Part shown: positions 18,644 to 27,637 of the stretch, piece after piece
Layout: each line of letters opens with the position of its first letter
Position numbering within the stretch: position 1 is the first letter of the stretch
Assembly (NCBI GenBank): GCA_038882955.1
Contig: JAVZNC010000002.1
Coordinates: 160,001-224,000, forward strand
Length of the DNA: 64,000 nt
Direction: 5' to 3'
Source of the DNA: Candidatus Bathyarchaeia archaeon
GTDB lineage: Archaea > Thermoproteota > Bathyarchaeia > Bathyarchaeales > Bathycorpusculaceae
Notes under the pieces: model-generated
Told to the model about the DNA's origin: nothing
What the model saw: the letters and a program-made list of their open reading frames with translations, nothing else
The model's database searches: none
Program-made: the position numbers and the translations under genes

Positions 18644-19570
18644 ATGGTTACAATAAAGGAACTTCCAAAAGAAGAATACTTGCTTAAGGGACATGCGGCC
18701 TGTGCAGGATGCGGCCCTTCAATTTCGCTTCGACTCCTCTTCAAAGCGCTGGGAAACAAAGTTATCCTCGTAGTTCCAGCATGCTGCACAACCGTTATTC
18801 AGGGGCCGTATCCGTATACTTCTGTTAATGTTCCGCTACAAAATATACTATTTGAGTCTACCGCTGCTGCCGCATCTGGAATTGTTGCAGCCTTGCGCCA
18901 AAGAAAGCTTGAGGACATTACTGTTGTTGGTTGGGCTGGAGATGGCGGAACAGTTGACATAGGAATTCAAGCGTTATCTGGCGCGGCGGAAAGGGAGACG
19001 AACTTCATTTACATATGCTATGACAATGAGGCGTACGGTAACACTGGGATGCAACGCAGTGGCGCAACACCCTACGGCGCTTGGACGACAACTACGCCTT
19101 CTGGAAAGAGGGAACGAAAAAAGGATATGGCGTTAATTATGGCTGCTCACAAGATACCTTATGTCGCTACAGCGTGTCCATCCTATCCGCTAGACCTCGT
19201 TAACAAGCTTAGGAAAGCCAAGACCATTAAAGGTACAAAGTACATTCACATACTCGCGCCGTGTCCCACTGGTTGGCGCTATGACGCAAACAAAACTGTT
19301 GAGATGGGAAAGCTTGCCGTGCTCACGGGGATGTGGACACTTTTTGAAATAGAATATGGACGTTTCAAGCTTAATCCTCCAAGTGACAGGTTACTTGACA
19401 AATCTAACCGTAAACCAGTAAAAGAATACCTCACTTTGCAGGGCAGATTCCGCAATGTGAAGGAAGAGGATGTTGAGAGGATCCAAAAATGGGTTGATGA
19501 AGACTGGGAGTACTATCGCAAAATGGCATTAAGCAGTGCGTCTGATTCTGCATCATACGGAAAAATATAA
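18644..19570 (+). CDS. porB: 2-oxoacid:ferredoxin oxidoreductase beta subunit
   Basis: GHAACAGCG, GDGGTVDIG...YDNEAYGNTG TPP-binding motif, PCPTGW. Confidence 0.95.
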   Translation: MVTIKELPKEEYLLKGHAACAGCGPSISLRLLFKALGNKVILVVPACCTTVIQGPYPYTSVNVPLQNILFESTAAAASGIVAALRQRKLEDITVVGWAGDGGTVDIGIQALSGAAERETNFIYICYDNEAYGNTGMQRSGATPYGAWTTTTPSGKRERKKDMALIMAAHKIPYVATACPSYPLDLVNKLRKAKTIKGTKYIHILAPCPTGWRYDANKTVEMGKLAVLTGMWTLFEIEYGRFKLNPPSDRLLDKSNRKPVKEYLTLQGRFRNVKEEDVERIQKWVDEDWEYYRKMALSSASDSASYGKI

Positions 19571-19636
19571 GAGTCTCCGTGTTTATGATATATTCCACCT
19601 TTGCAAAACGTCAGTGCAGTAGGAAGGATAATGTAA

Positions 19637-19972
19637 ATGGCGGAAGCGAAGCAGAAGAGACAAACAACGGAAAAAGCAAAAAACACAAAGGCTGTACAGA
19701 CAGACGAAAACGTTGTATTAATAGGCAAGAAACCAATAATGAACTACGTGATTGCCTGTCTCACCTTCTTCAACTCTGGCACCAAAAAACTAACAGTCAA
19801 AGCCAGGGGGCGGGCAATTAGCAGGGCCGTCGACACCGTAGAATTGCTGAGAAGAGCCTTCGTTAAAGACTTACAACTTCAAGGCATCAACATAACAACC
19901 GAAGAGGTAACCAGAGCCGAAGGGCAGAAGGCAAACGTTTCAGCAATCGAGATTACCGTAGCCAAGCCATAA
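19637..19972 (+). CDS. albA: DNA/RNA-binding protein Alba
   Basis: VLIGKKPIMNYV, KARGRAISRAVD. Confidence 0.95.
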   Translation: MAEAKQKRQTTEKAKNTKAVQTDENVVLIGKKPIMNYVIACLTFFNSGTKKLTVKARGRAISRAVDTVELLRRAFVKDLQLQGINITTEEVTRAEGQKANVSAIEITVAKP

Positions 19973-20102
19973 ATGCGCAGTGTCACTGAGCTTTGGTAAT
20001 CGCTGATGAACATTGGTTAGTCTATAATCCGTTTCTTTAGTTTCATTATGCTTTTTGCTAAAACTTTAGAGGTAATTATATATAAAAGCTAATTTTCTAG
20101 TA

Positions 20103-21464
20103 ATGGATCTACGCGAGGAATTGAAGATGAACTCTTATCCAAAAATTGTTGTTACACCCCCAGGACCAAAAGCGAGAGAACTCTTGAAAAGGGATGAACG
20201 CTTAATTTCACCTTCGTATGTGCGGTTTTACCCGCTTGTGGTCGAGTCTGGAAAGGGGTGCATCGTAAGGGATGTTGATGGAAATGAGTACATAGACTTC
20301 AATTCTGGACTTGTATGTCTCAACGTTGGGCACAACCATCCTAAAGTGATTTCAGCAATCAAAAACCAATGCGACCGCTTTTTACATTATTCAAACACGG
20401 ACTTTTACTACAGCGAAGTTGTGGATCTTGCAGAAAAACTTGCTGGTATCACACCTGGCAACTTTAGCAAGAAGGTCTATTTCGGAAATAGTGGAACAGA
20501 GGCAATCGAGGCGGCTATCAAACTTGCGAAGTGGCACACACGTAAACCGCTGTTTATAGGTTTTATTGGCGCTTTTCACGGGCGCACCATAGGCGCTTTG
20601 TCCTTCACTGCCAGCAAAATTCCACAGAGACGCTATTTCTTTCCAATGATGCCAGGCGTCACTCACGTGCCCTATCCATACTGTTACCGTTGTCCCTTCA
20701 AATTGTCGTATCCACAATGTCATTACTGGTGTGTAGACTTCATAGATGAGCTTGTTCTGCAGAAGTACGTGCCGCCCGAAGAAGTCGCAGCAATAATGTT
20801 TGAGCCAATACAAGGCGAAGGCGGATACATTGTTCCACCACCAGAATATTTCCAACGGTTAAAGAAACTTGCGGACAAGTATGGCATTTTGTTAATCGAC
20901 GATGAAGTGCAATCTGGCATAGGTAGAACTGGCAAATGGTTCGCAATTGAACATTGGGGCGTTGAACCCGACATTCTGTGCAGTGCAAAGGCTTTAGCTT
21001 CTGGGTTGCCCTTAGGTGCCACGGTTGCAAAGGAAAAGATAATGGATTGGATTGGGGGTTCTCACGCAAGCACTTTCGGTGGCAATCCACTGTCATGCGT
21101 TGCGGCAAGCACTGTTATCGACGTTATTAAGGAAGAGAAACTTTTGGAAAACGCAACAAAGCAAGGCGCATACATCATGAAGCGGCTTGAAGAGTTCAAA
21201 GAGAAAAGCGATATTGTTGGCGATGTTAGAGGAAAGGGCTTGATGATAGGCATGGAAATTGTGGAAAACAAGGAGGACAAAAAACCATCTTCAAAAAAAG
21301 CCTCCGAAATTATGATGCGTTCATGGAAACGTGGAGTTGCAGTAATCACATGCGGAGTTTCTACGATAAGATTTGCTCCTCCACTAAACATTTCAAGAGA
21401 ACTCGTTGACGCGGCAATGGAGATAATAGAAGACGCTGTTAAAGAAGTGGAGAAAGAAGGTTAA
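20103..21464 (+). CDS. Class III aminotransferase (4-aminobutyrate/ornithine family; start possibly 20127)
   Basis: NSGTEA, FHGRT, EPIQGEGG, DEVQSG.GRTG, SAKALASG, STFGGNP. Confidence 0.93.
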   Translation: MDLREELKMNSYPKIVVTPPGPKARELLKRDERLISPSYVRFYPLVVESGKGCIVRDVDGNEYIDFNSGLVCLNVGHNHPKVISAIKNQCDRFLHYSNTDFYYSEVVDLAEKLAGITPGNFSKKVYFGNSGTEAIEAAIKLAKWHTRKPLFIGFIGAFHGRTIGALSFTASKIPQRRYFFPMMPGVTHVPYPYCYRCPFKLSYPQCHYWCVDFIDELVLQKYVPPEEVAAIMFEPIQGEGGYIVPPPEYFQRLKKLADKYGILLIDDEVQSGIGRTGKWFAIEHWGVEPDILCSAKALASGLPLGATVAKEKIMDWIGGSHASTFGGNPLSCVAASTVIDVIKEEKLLENATKQGAYIMKRLEEFKEKSDIVGDVRGKGLMIGMEIVENKEDKKPSSKKASEIMMRSWKRGVAVITCGVSTIRFAPPLNISRELVDAAMEIIEDAVKEVEKEG

Positions 21465-21476
21465 AGTTGTGCTCGC

Positions 21477-21905
21477 ATGGATATCCGAAGGCTCACAATA
21501 AGGGATTATGAAGAAATAATAAAGCTCTGGTCCAAGGCGAAACTGCCATATAAACCGAGGGGAAGAGACAGCAAAGAAGCGATTGCTGCACAGATGAAAG
21601 CTAACCCCGAATTTTTCTTAGGAGCCTATGAAGGCGACAATTTAGTTGGCGTAGTCATAGTAAGCTATGATTTAAGAAAGGGCTGGATAAACCGTTTAGC
21701 TGTTGATCCGCGTTACCGGCGCAGGGGAATCGCTAAGGCTCTAGTGGCTGAGGCTGAAAGGGTGTTAAGGAAAAAGGGCATAGGAATTTTCTGTGCTTTA
21801 GTTGAGGATGACAACGTTGCATCAAAAGAATTTTTTAAAAAGTGCGGCTATGTTGAGCACCGTGACATAATATACTTTAGTAAACGGGACGACAGCGAAA
21901 TATAG
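21477..21905 (+). CDS. GNAT acetyltransferase
   Basis: LAVDPRYRRRGIAKAL acetyl-CoA motif A. Confidence 0.9.
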   Translation: MDIRRLTIRDYEEIIKLWSKAKLPYKPRGRDSKEAIAAQMKANPEFFLGAYEGDNLVGVVIVSYDLRKGWINRLAVDPRYRRRGIAKALVAEAERVLRKKGIGIFCALVEDDNVASKEFFKKCGYVEHRDIIYFSKRDDSEI

Positions 21906-21909
21906 CCTT

Positions 21910-22126
21910 CTATACTTGCCTTTCTTCAGCTTTCGGTTCATGCACATGCCACAACACCATGAGAATGAAGGTATCGCTAGGGCTGCCATTAGGAGAAACG
22001 AATTTGAGGAGCGACGTTATCGCAAAGAAGTCCGCCGATTGCTCCGCCTAAAACCATGCGTATATAAGAGAAAAAGTTCATAGAACCAATTATTTTTCCA
22101 CGCTGTGCTTGGGGTACATTTACCAT
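21910..22126 (-). pseudogene. 3' remnant of an MFS transporter with two frameshifts
   Basis: Hand translation across frames: VPQAQRGKIIGSMNFFSYIRMVLGGAIGGLLCDNVAPQI / FLLMAALAIPSF / ILMVLWHVHEPKAEERQV*. Confidence 0.7.
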
Positions 22127-22136
22127 TTCTGGGAAA

Positions 22137-22712
22137 TCAAAAATCTTGTGGCTTTGCTATTACCTCTCTAATTTTTAAATCAAAGAACCTCGCCGCATTA
22201 GATGGTTTAATACGCAGTGCCGTATCCGCACCTCTGCCCGTGCCAGCGATTGCAACAACATCTCTATCAACGGATATTAAACCAGCATCTGCTGCCATTA
22301 ACGTTATTTCCACACACACTTTCGTTCCCTCCCCCATTAGCCTGAGCACGTTGGCAATTAGCTCTAGGGGTGCAATTGTTCCAAAATCCTTCCGTATTGC
22401 ACGTTCCACACTGCTTAATGCGTGAATACCCGTGAAAATTTTTGCGCCGTTAGCAGTTATTTCCTTTCTGAATTCTTCCTGCAGTTCTGTTTTTCCTGGT
22501 TCTCGGAAGCCAAAATGATGCGTAACCACAACCACATTGTATTCCTTGAAAATTTTGGCTACCTTCGCTCCAGTTTCGCCTGTTGTTGAGGCTACAACTA
22601 TGTCCCTTATGCCTTCTCGCTCTGCGTATGTCCTAACAAATTCCAGTAAAGTTTCCGTGTTTTTTGCTCCCGCCTCTCTGAAGTAAAGTGCTTTCGTCTC
22701 AACATGAGCCAT
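22137..22712 (-). CDS. Pyruvate kinase C-terminal-domain-like protein (MTH1675 type)
   Basis: VVASTTGETG, VVTHHFGF, GTKVCVEITLMAADAG, GTGRGADTA. Confidence 0.88.
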   Translation of the reverse strand: MAHVETKALYFREAGAKNTETLLEFVRTYAEREGIRDIVVASTTGETGAKVAKIFKEYNVVVVTHHFGFREPGKTELQEEFRKEITANGAKIFTGIHALSSVERAIRKDFGTIAPLELIANVLRLMGEGTKVCVEITLMAADAGLISVDRDVVAIAGTGRGADTALRIKPSNAARFFDLKIREVIAKPQDF

Positions 22713-22736
22713 GTTAATTCACCTTCTAACAAAACG

Positions 22737-23285
22737 TTAACTTTTACGGCTTAAGTGCTTTTTCCTTAAAGGTTTTCTTTTTAATTCTGTTCCGCACACT
22801 GCACATCTATTTAGCCTGTAATCTGCTTGGTATTTTCTGTAACATGCTGGACAATACCTCACCCACTCCAACTGAAAGCGTATACCAAAAGTTGCCAATG
22901 AAGCAAACTCTATTTCCATGCGATTTGCAACATTCTGTATGGAATAATCGTCTGAAGCAATTACTGGACTATACCCCCCGCTTTTAAGTTCGAGGGCTAA
23001 AGCCAAAATTTGTAGGTCCGTTTCTGAAAGGAAAACCTTGTCACCAATGGCAGTTGCTGAAGCCTTCACCGAATCCAAAAATTGCTTTTCAGGCTTCTTT
23101 ACTACAATCTTTCCCTGTTCTATTGCTGTTTTTAACCTAACTTTTGCGAACGCACTTCCCTTCACTTCCTCCCTAACAAGCGGTACGGTGTACTGCGCTT
23201 CGCTCACTGAAAATGGGTCAAAACCAGCCGCGAAGGCAGACGTATCTAAAACTATAACGCGTTTAGCTTCAATTTGCCTCTTCAT
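22737..23285 (-). CDS. nob1: Nob1 endonuclease (PIN plus Zn ribbon)
   Basis: VLDTSAF, LSETD, SDDYSIQNVA, CPAC...CAVCG. Confidence 0.92.
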   Translation of the reverse strand: MKRQIEAKRVIVLDTSAFAAGFDPFSVSEAQYTVPLVREEVKGSAFAKVRLKTAIEQGKIVVKKPEKQFLDSVKASATAIGDKVFLSETDLQILALALELKSGGYSPVIASDDYSIQNVANRMEIEFASLATFGIRFQLEWVRYCPACYRKYQADYRLNRCAVCGTELKRKPLRKKHLSRKS

Positions 23286-24130
23286 TAGCTTCCCTTGAAA
23301 AGCAACCTACTTTTTAGGCGGTGGTAAAAGTTTTCCCTAAACCTCACGAAACGGGTTTCATTTTTAGAACGTGTTACCTTTATGTTTATAACTCTGCCAC
23401 TTAATGTTCTACGGTAATGCCCATCCACAACAACAAGCGTCTTTTTAGGCCTAACCACATTAACCGTAAGGCTTGAGTTCGCAGGAAAAACAATCGGGTG
23501 AAATATACTTAAAGGGCAAACCGGGGTCAAAACAAAAGCATCCAGATCTGGATCTAAGACTGGTCCTCCAGCGGATAGCGAATATCCCGTAGAACCAGTT
23601 TGTGTTGCGATCATTACGCCGTCGGCTTGCATGTTGAGCACCGGCTTTTCGTCTTTGAAAATCTTTGCATAGAGAAGTTTTGCTGGTTCGTCGGCTGAAA
23701 TCAGTACCTCGTTTAGTGCTTCTGGGAATTTTTCGCCATTTGCATTTATTGATAGCTTCATGCATCTTTCAATTGTAAATTCTCCTTTCAAACACTTTTC
23801 TATGGCGTTAAAAGCCTGTTTTGGTTCAACTTCTGTTAGGAAGCCTCTTACACCCATGTTTATCGCTAGTACGGGCGGCTCTGGCTTTGGGATTGAGACG
23901 CATGTTCTTAGGATTGTTCCATCTCCGCCTATTGTGATTATGATGTCAGTTTTCATTTTTTCTAGAGGAACAGTCTTTCCTCTAATGCTAACTTTTTCCG
24001 CGAGGGTATCCTCCACTTGAACCTCTAAACCCCTTTTTGTCAGATACTCTGCGAGTTCTTCTGCAAGCTTTAAAGCGTCTTTCTTATCGAATCTAGCTAC
24101 CAATCCTACGCTTTTCAGCAAATAGTCCAC
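23285..24130 (-). CDS. nadK: NAD+ kinase
   Basis: GGDGTILR, ALNE, ADG..IATQTGSTGYSLSAGGP. Confidence 0.95.
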   Translation of the reverse strand: MDYLLKSVGLVARFDKKDALKLAEELAEYLTKRGLEVQVEDTLAEKVSIRGKTVPLEKMKTDIIITIGGDGTILRTCVSIPKPEPPVLAINMGVRGFLTEVEPKQAFNAIEKCLKGEFTIERCMKLSINANGEKFPEALNEVLISADEPAKLLYAKIFKDEKPVLNMQADGVMIATQTGSTGYSLSAGGPVLDPDLDAFVLTPVCPLSIFHPIVFPANSSLTVNVVRPKKTLVVVDGHYRRTLSGRVINIKVTRSKNETRFVRFRENFYHRLKSRLLFKGS

Positions 24131-24217
24131 CTTTTATTATTAAGCGGCACCTTAATCTATATATGGATGTTGTTTAAAATGCTGTAGATGGAAGATAAAC
24201 GCAATGTTGGTGAGTGA

Positions 24218-24610
24218 ATGAGCAAACCTGTTGATGTTGGAAGCCTTAGGGTTGGCGGATACCTAATCGTTGACGGTGAACCATGCCGTATAGTAGACAT
24301 AACCAAATCAAAGCCTGGAAAACATGGGTCAGCCAAGGCGAGGATAGTTGCTGTTGGAATTTTTGACGGTGTCAAAAGAAGCGTGGTTAAACCAGTTGAC
24401 GCAAACGCTGAAGTGCCAATAATCGAAAAAAGAAGTGGGCAAGTTTTTGCTGTCACGCCTTCAAGCATTCAGATTATGGATTTAGAAACTTACGAGTATT
24501 TGGACGCGCCTTATCCCGAAGAAGAGGATTTGAAAGCGAAAATCGCTCCCGGCGTAGAAGTTGAATTTTGGCGCATACTTGGCAAAATAAAAATTGTTAG
24601 AACAAAATAG
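24218..24610 (+). CDS. eif5a: Translation factor aIF-5A
   Basis: SKPGKHGSAK hypusination motif. Confidence 0.97.
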   Translation: MSKPVDVGSLRVGGYLIVDGEPCRIVDITKSKPGKHGSAKARIVAVGIFDGVKRSVVKPVDANAEVPIIEKRSGQVFAVTPSSIQIMDLETYEYLDAPYPEEEDLKAKIAPGVEVEFWRILGKIKIVRTK

Positions 24611-24617
24611 CAGATAC

Positions 24618-24827
24618 CTAACTCCACCAGTTCCAATCAAGACTTTTGAAACCCAGATATAGTATTAGGAGGATTACTCCCCAACTTAATGCAATGCCCG
24701 CGACCTCTAAAATTAAATTTTCATTTAGATAGGTGTGGCTTGCCCACGCGCTAATTCCACATAACCCGACAAGTAATAGAAGGAACATTGAAAAGTGTAT
24801 AACCTTTTCAGTTGTCAAAGCTTTCAC
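24618..24827 (-). CDS. Small two-TM membrane protein
   Basis: Two hydrophobic segments; GAGGTG RBS-like sequence at start. Confidence 0.55.
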   Translation of the reverse strand: MKALTTEKVIHFSMFLLLLVGLCGISAWASHTYLNENLILEVAGIALSWGVILLILYLGFKSLDWNWWS

Positions 24828-24912
24828 CTCTTCGCCCTTTTAGATTTGTTTGGGTTTATTGTTAAAACTTTCCATTAAGCTTATCTTGAAGGTTTGAGTA
24901 AACTTCTTTTGG

Positions 24913-24967
24913 AGCCGATGATGCGAGAAGAGCCGTCTGATTTGTGACGACATGAGCTCCTGAGGCT
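24913..24967 (+). ncRNA. C/D box guide sRNA
   Basis: AGCC/GGCT terminal stem; C ATGATGC 24918-24; guide GAGAAGAGCCGT; D' CTGA 24937-40; C' GTGACGA 24944-50; guide CATGAGCTC; D CTGA 24960-63; intergenic. Confidence 0.85.
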
Positions 24968-24976
24968 TGTTAAAGG

Positions 24977-25429
24977 TTATTCTATTGGAATTTCATATTC
25001 ATGTTTGCGTGGCAAGCGGATTTCTAGTATGCCTCTCTTAAAGCGTACTTCCATTTTATCTATGTGAACTGGCACTGGGATACGTGTTTGACAATGGAAT
25101 GTTTGGAACTCGCCTTTATAGTGGGTTATACCAAAATCATTAAAGCTTATCTTTCGCCGCATTTTTGCCGATATTTCGATAACATCTTTGCCCGCTGGTC
25201 TAACGCGTATAGTGTTTTCTTCGGTATATGGCAAATCAACAGTTACAATGACTTCTGTTGGCGTCACAGAAATATCGCGAAGTGGCTCTATTGTGCACGC
25301 CTTTTTGTCCCAACTGGGCTTCTCGGTAAGGGCTTCTCTTAAACGTCTAACAGATTCTTCCAAATCCTCAAAGTATTCATCAATTAAATCAAAAATTGAA
25401 CGTCTTCTCCTTTCAGCCATACCGCTCAC
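24977..25429 (-). CDS. Small heat shock protein (Hsp20)
   Basis: EVIVTVDLP...IPVPV...RFKRGILEIRLP alpha-crystallin pattern. Confidence 0.88.
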   Translation of the reverse strand: MSGMAERRRRSIFDLIDEYFEDLEESVRRLREALTEKPSWDKKACTIEPLRDISVTPTEVIVTVDLPYTEENTIRVRPAGKDVIEISAKMRRKISFNDFGITHYKGEFQTFHCQTRIPVPVHIDKMEVRFKRGILEIRLPRKHEYEIPIE

Positions 25430-25430
25430 C

Positions 25431-26177
25431 TTAAGTTATGTATAATGGCATGTCATACTCCTGCGTCTTCTTCATTTTGGAAAGTTCTTGCTGTGTTCGC
25501 CGCATAACGTCTCTTGCTTTTAAACGAATTTCTTCGCCTTTCTCCAGAAGCTTTGAAACATCCACCTTCAACCCAATAATCTTTGTTAATCCTTTCAATA
25601 CTTCTGCAGCTGCTTCTGGGTCTGGATAGTTAAAGAAGCATTGGGCAAGCAATGTTATGGCTGGCACTCCTATGCTCGCGCAACGCTGAAGCATAATTGC
25701 TTGTGGACCAACCATGTAGCCTTCTTTTAATATTTCTATGCCTTGCTGTTCGACCATCTTTAATATGTCAGTGTTTGATGCGGCAGCAAAGACTTTCAGT
25801 TCTTCAATGTCTTGTCTTTCTTGGATGGGTATGCCGCTAAGCGAAATCATCATTTTAACATTTTTGTTTTTTCCCCAATCTATCAAGGCGTACATTATTG
25901 GATAAATCGTGTCCGCTGGTATGGCGGTTTCTGAAACAGCTAGGAGAATCTCATGGTTTCCAAAAATCCTTATGGGCGAATGTGGCAGCCCCTCATGTAG
26001 AACTATTAGAGGCGGGAGAAGCTTCGAATCAACATACGCCACTTCTTCAAGATTGTTAAGCTCGGAAATTAGATGCGAAGCGGCTATAACACCTACAAGT
26101 CCGACGTCTGGAAAGCCAAAAAGCATAGTGCAGCCTAACGGAATTTCCTTCTTCTCTACAATTTTTACATCTTCCAA
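25431..26177 (-). CDS. PAC2 family proteasome assembly chaperone
   Basis: GFPDVGLVGVIAASHL, YPDPEAAA, C-term ..LYIT. Confidence 0.9.
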   Translation of the reverse strand: MEDVKIVEKKEIPLGCTMLFGFPDVGLVGVIAASHLISELNNLEEVAYVDSKLLPPLIVLHEGLPHSPIRIFGNHEILLAVSETAIPADTIYPIMYALIDWGKNKNVKMMISLSGIPIQERQDIEELKVFAAASNTDILKMVEQQGIEILKEGYMVGPQAIMLQRCASIGVPAITLLAQCFFNYPDPEAAAEVLKGLTKIIGLKVDVSKLLEKGEEIRLKARDVMRRTQQELSKMKKTQEYDMPLYIT

Positions 26178-26270
26178 ACAGTTTCCTCCAAATCCTCTTT
26201 ATATTGCGTATGTAAAAAGTTTGTGGAATACATATTTAAGGACGTGAACAATTTTAATCTGGAGAAAACT

Positions 26271-27605
26271 ATGGCTTTAGAACGTTTAGGCTCATCTCTT
26301 TACGAAGCCTTAAAAAAGGTTTTCAGGGCATCCGTTGTAGATGAGGCTACGGTTAAAGAGCTTGTACGCGATGTGCAAAGGGCTCTTCTTCAAGCAGATG
26401 TAAACGTTAAGCTTGTTCTTGACATTTCAAAGCGAATAGAAGAAAGGGCGTTAAAAGAAAAGTTGCCTCCAGGCATTTCCAGGCGAGAACACATAATAAA
26501 AGTTGTATACGAAGAATTGACGCGTTTCCTCGGAGAAAAACCCGTACCAGTCAAAATCGAGCCGGGCAAAAGAAAAGTGATAATGCTTGTTGGCATACAA
26601 GGTTCTGGAAAAACAACTGCAGCGGTGAAACTCGCAAGATATTTCCAGAAGAGAGGCTTAAAACCAGCTTTAATTTGTGTGGACACGTATCGCCCAGGTG
26701 CCTTTGCCCAGCTGCAGCAATTGGCGAACAGGGTTAATGTTCCCTTGTATGGCAATCCGAGCGTTAAGGACCCCGTAAAAATAGCTCTTGAAGGCTTAAA
26801 GCAGTTTAATGATCGAGACATCGTAATTATCGACACTGCTGGGCGGCACAAAGAGGAGCAAGAACTTATAAAGGAAATGATGATGCTTGAAAAGAACATT
26901 AAACCCGATGAAATCATGCTCGTTGTCGACGGAACAATAGGACAACAAGCAATGGCGCAAGCACAAGCCTTCAACCAAGCAACCCCAATAGGCTCAATCT
27001 TAGTGACAAAACTTGACGGTTCCGCCAGGGGCGGAGGCGCACTATCAGCAGTTGCAGCCACCGGTGCACCGATAAAGTTCATCAGCACAGGCGAAAAGAT
27101 TGAGGACATGGAACAATTCATTCCATCACGGTTTGTCGGAAGACTCTTAGGAATGGGCGACTTAGAAACCCTTTTGGAAAAAGTTCGCGAGGCAGAGATT
27201 AAGGTTCCAGAAAAGAAGGCGAAGGCGATTCTAAGCGGCAAATTCACGTTAACAGACATGTACGAGCAGTTCGAAGCTGTTAAGGGCATGGGCGCTTTCC
27301 GTAAACTGTTAAAAATGCTTCCTGGAATGTCCTATGACGTGCCCGAAGAAATGCTTAACATGGCTGAAGACCGCCTTGAAAAGTGGCGCGTCATGATTCA
27401 GTCCATGACAAAAGAGGAGAAGGAGAATCCAAAAATTTTCAATGCTTCGAGAATTCGGCGTGTAGCGAGGGGTTCTGGAACAAGCGAAAAAGAAGTGAAA
27501 GAACTGTTAAAACAGTATTCCTTGATGCGTCGTATGATGAAAACTTTGAGGCGCAAAAAGAAGTTGCCATTCTTAGGCAAAGGTTTGCCAATAGACTTTA
27601 AGTAA
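26271..27605 (+). CDS. srp54: Signal recognition particle protein SRP54
   Basis: GIQGSGKTT, DTAGRH, TKLDGSARGGGALS, Met-rich M domain. Confidence 0.97.
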   Translation: MALERLGSSLYEALKKVFRASVVDEATVKELVRDVQRALLQADVNVKLVLDISKRIEERALKEKLPPGISRREHIIKVVYEELTRFLGEKPVPVKIEPGKRKVIMLVGIQGSGKTTAAVKLARYFQKRGLKPALICVDTYRPGAFAQLQQLANRVNVPLYGNPSVKDPVKIALEGLKQFNDRDIVIIDTAGRHKEEQELIKEMMMLEKNIKPDEIMLVVDGTIGQQAMAQAQAFNQATPIGSILVTKLDGSARGGGALSAVAATGAPIKFISTGEKIEDMEQFIPSRFVGRLLGMGDLETLLEKVREAEIKVPEKKAKAILSGKFTLTDMYEQFEAVKGMGAFRKLLKMLPGMSYDVPEEMLNMAEDRLEKWRVMIQSMTKEEKENPKIFNASRIRRVARGSGTSEKEVKELLKQYSLMRRMMKTLRRKKKLPFLGKGLPIDFK

Positions 27606-27637
27606 TAAGTCAACGAGCACGATAAAAAGGGATTGCC

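Noticed and set aside
19975-20040. CTGA and CTGATGA words downstream of alba, suggesting a second C/D sRNA
   Set aside because: Boxes are not in C-D'-C'-D order, and there is no downstream D box or terminal stem
23933-23947. TGTGATTATGATGTC in nadK resembling the 16-bp origin-proximal site
   Set aside because: One base short with broken heptad spacing; plausible by chance in coding sequence
26390-27289. 299-aa antisense ORF, and similar ones such as 2162-2665, 8831-9409, 39579-40196 and 57034-57675
   Set aside because: Shadow frames opposite well-supported genes with no recognisable motifs
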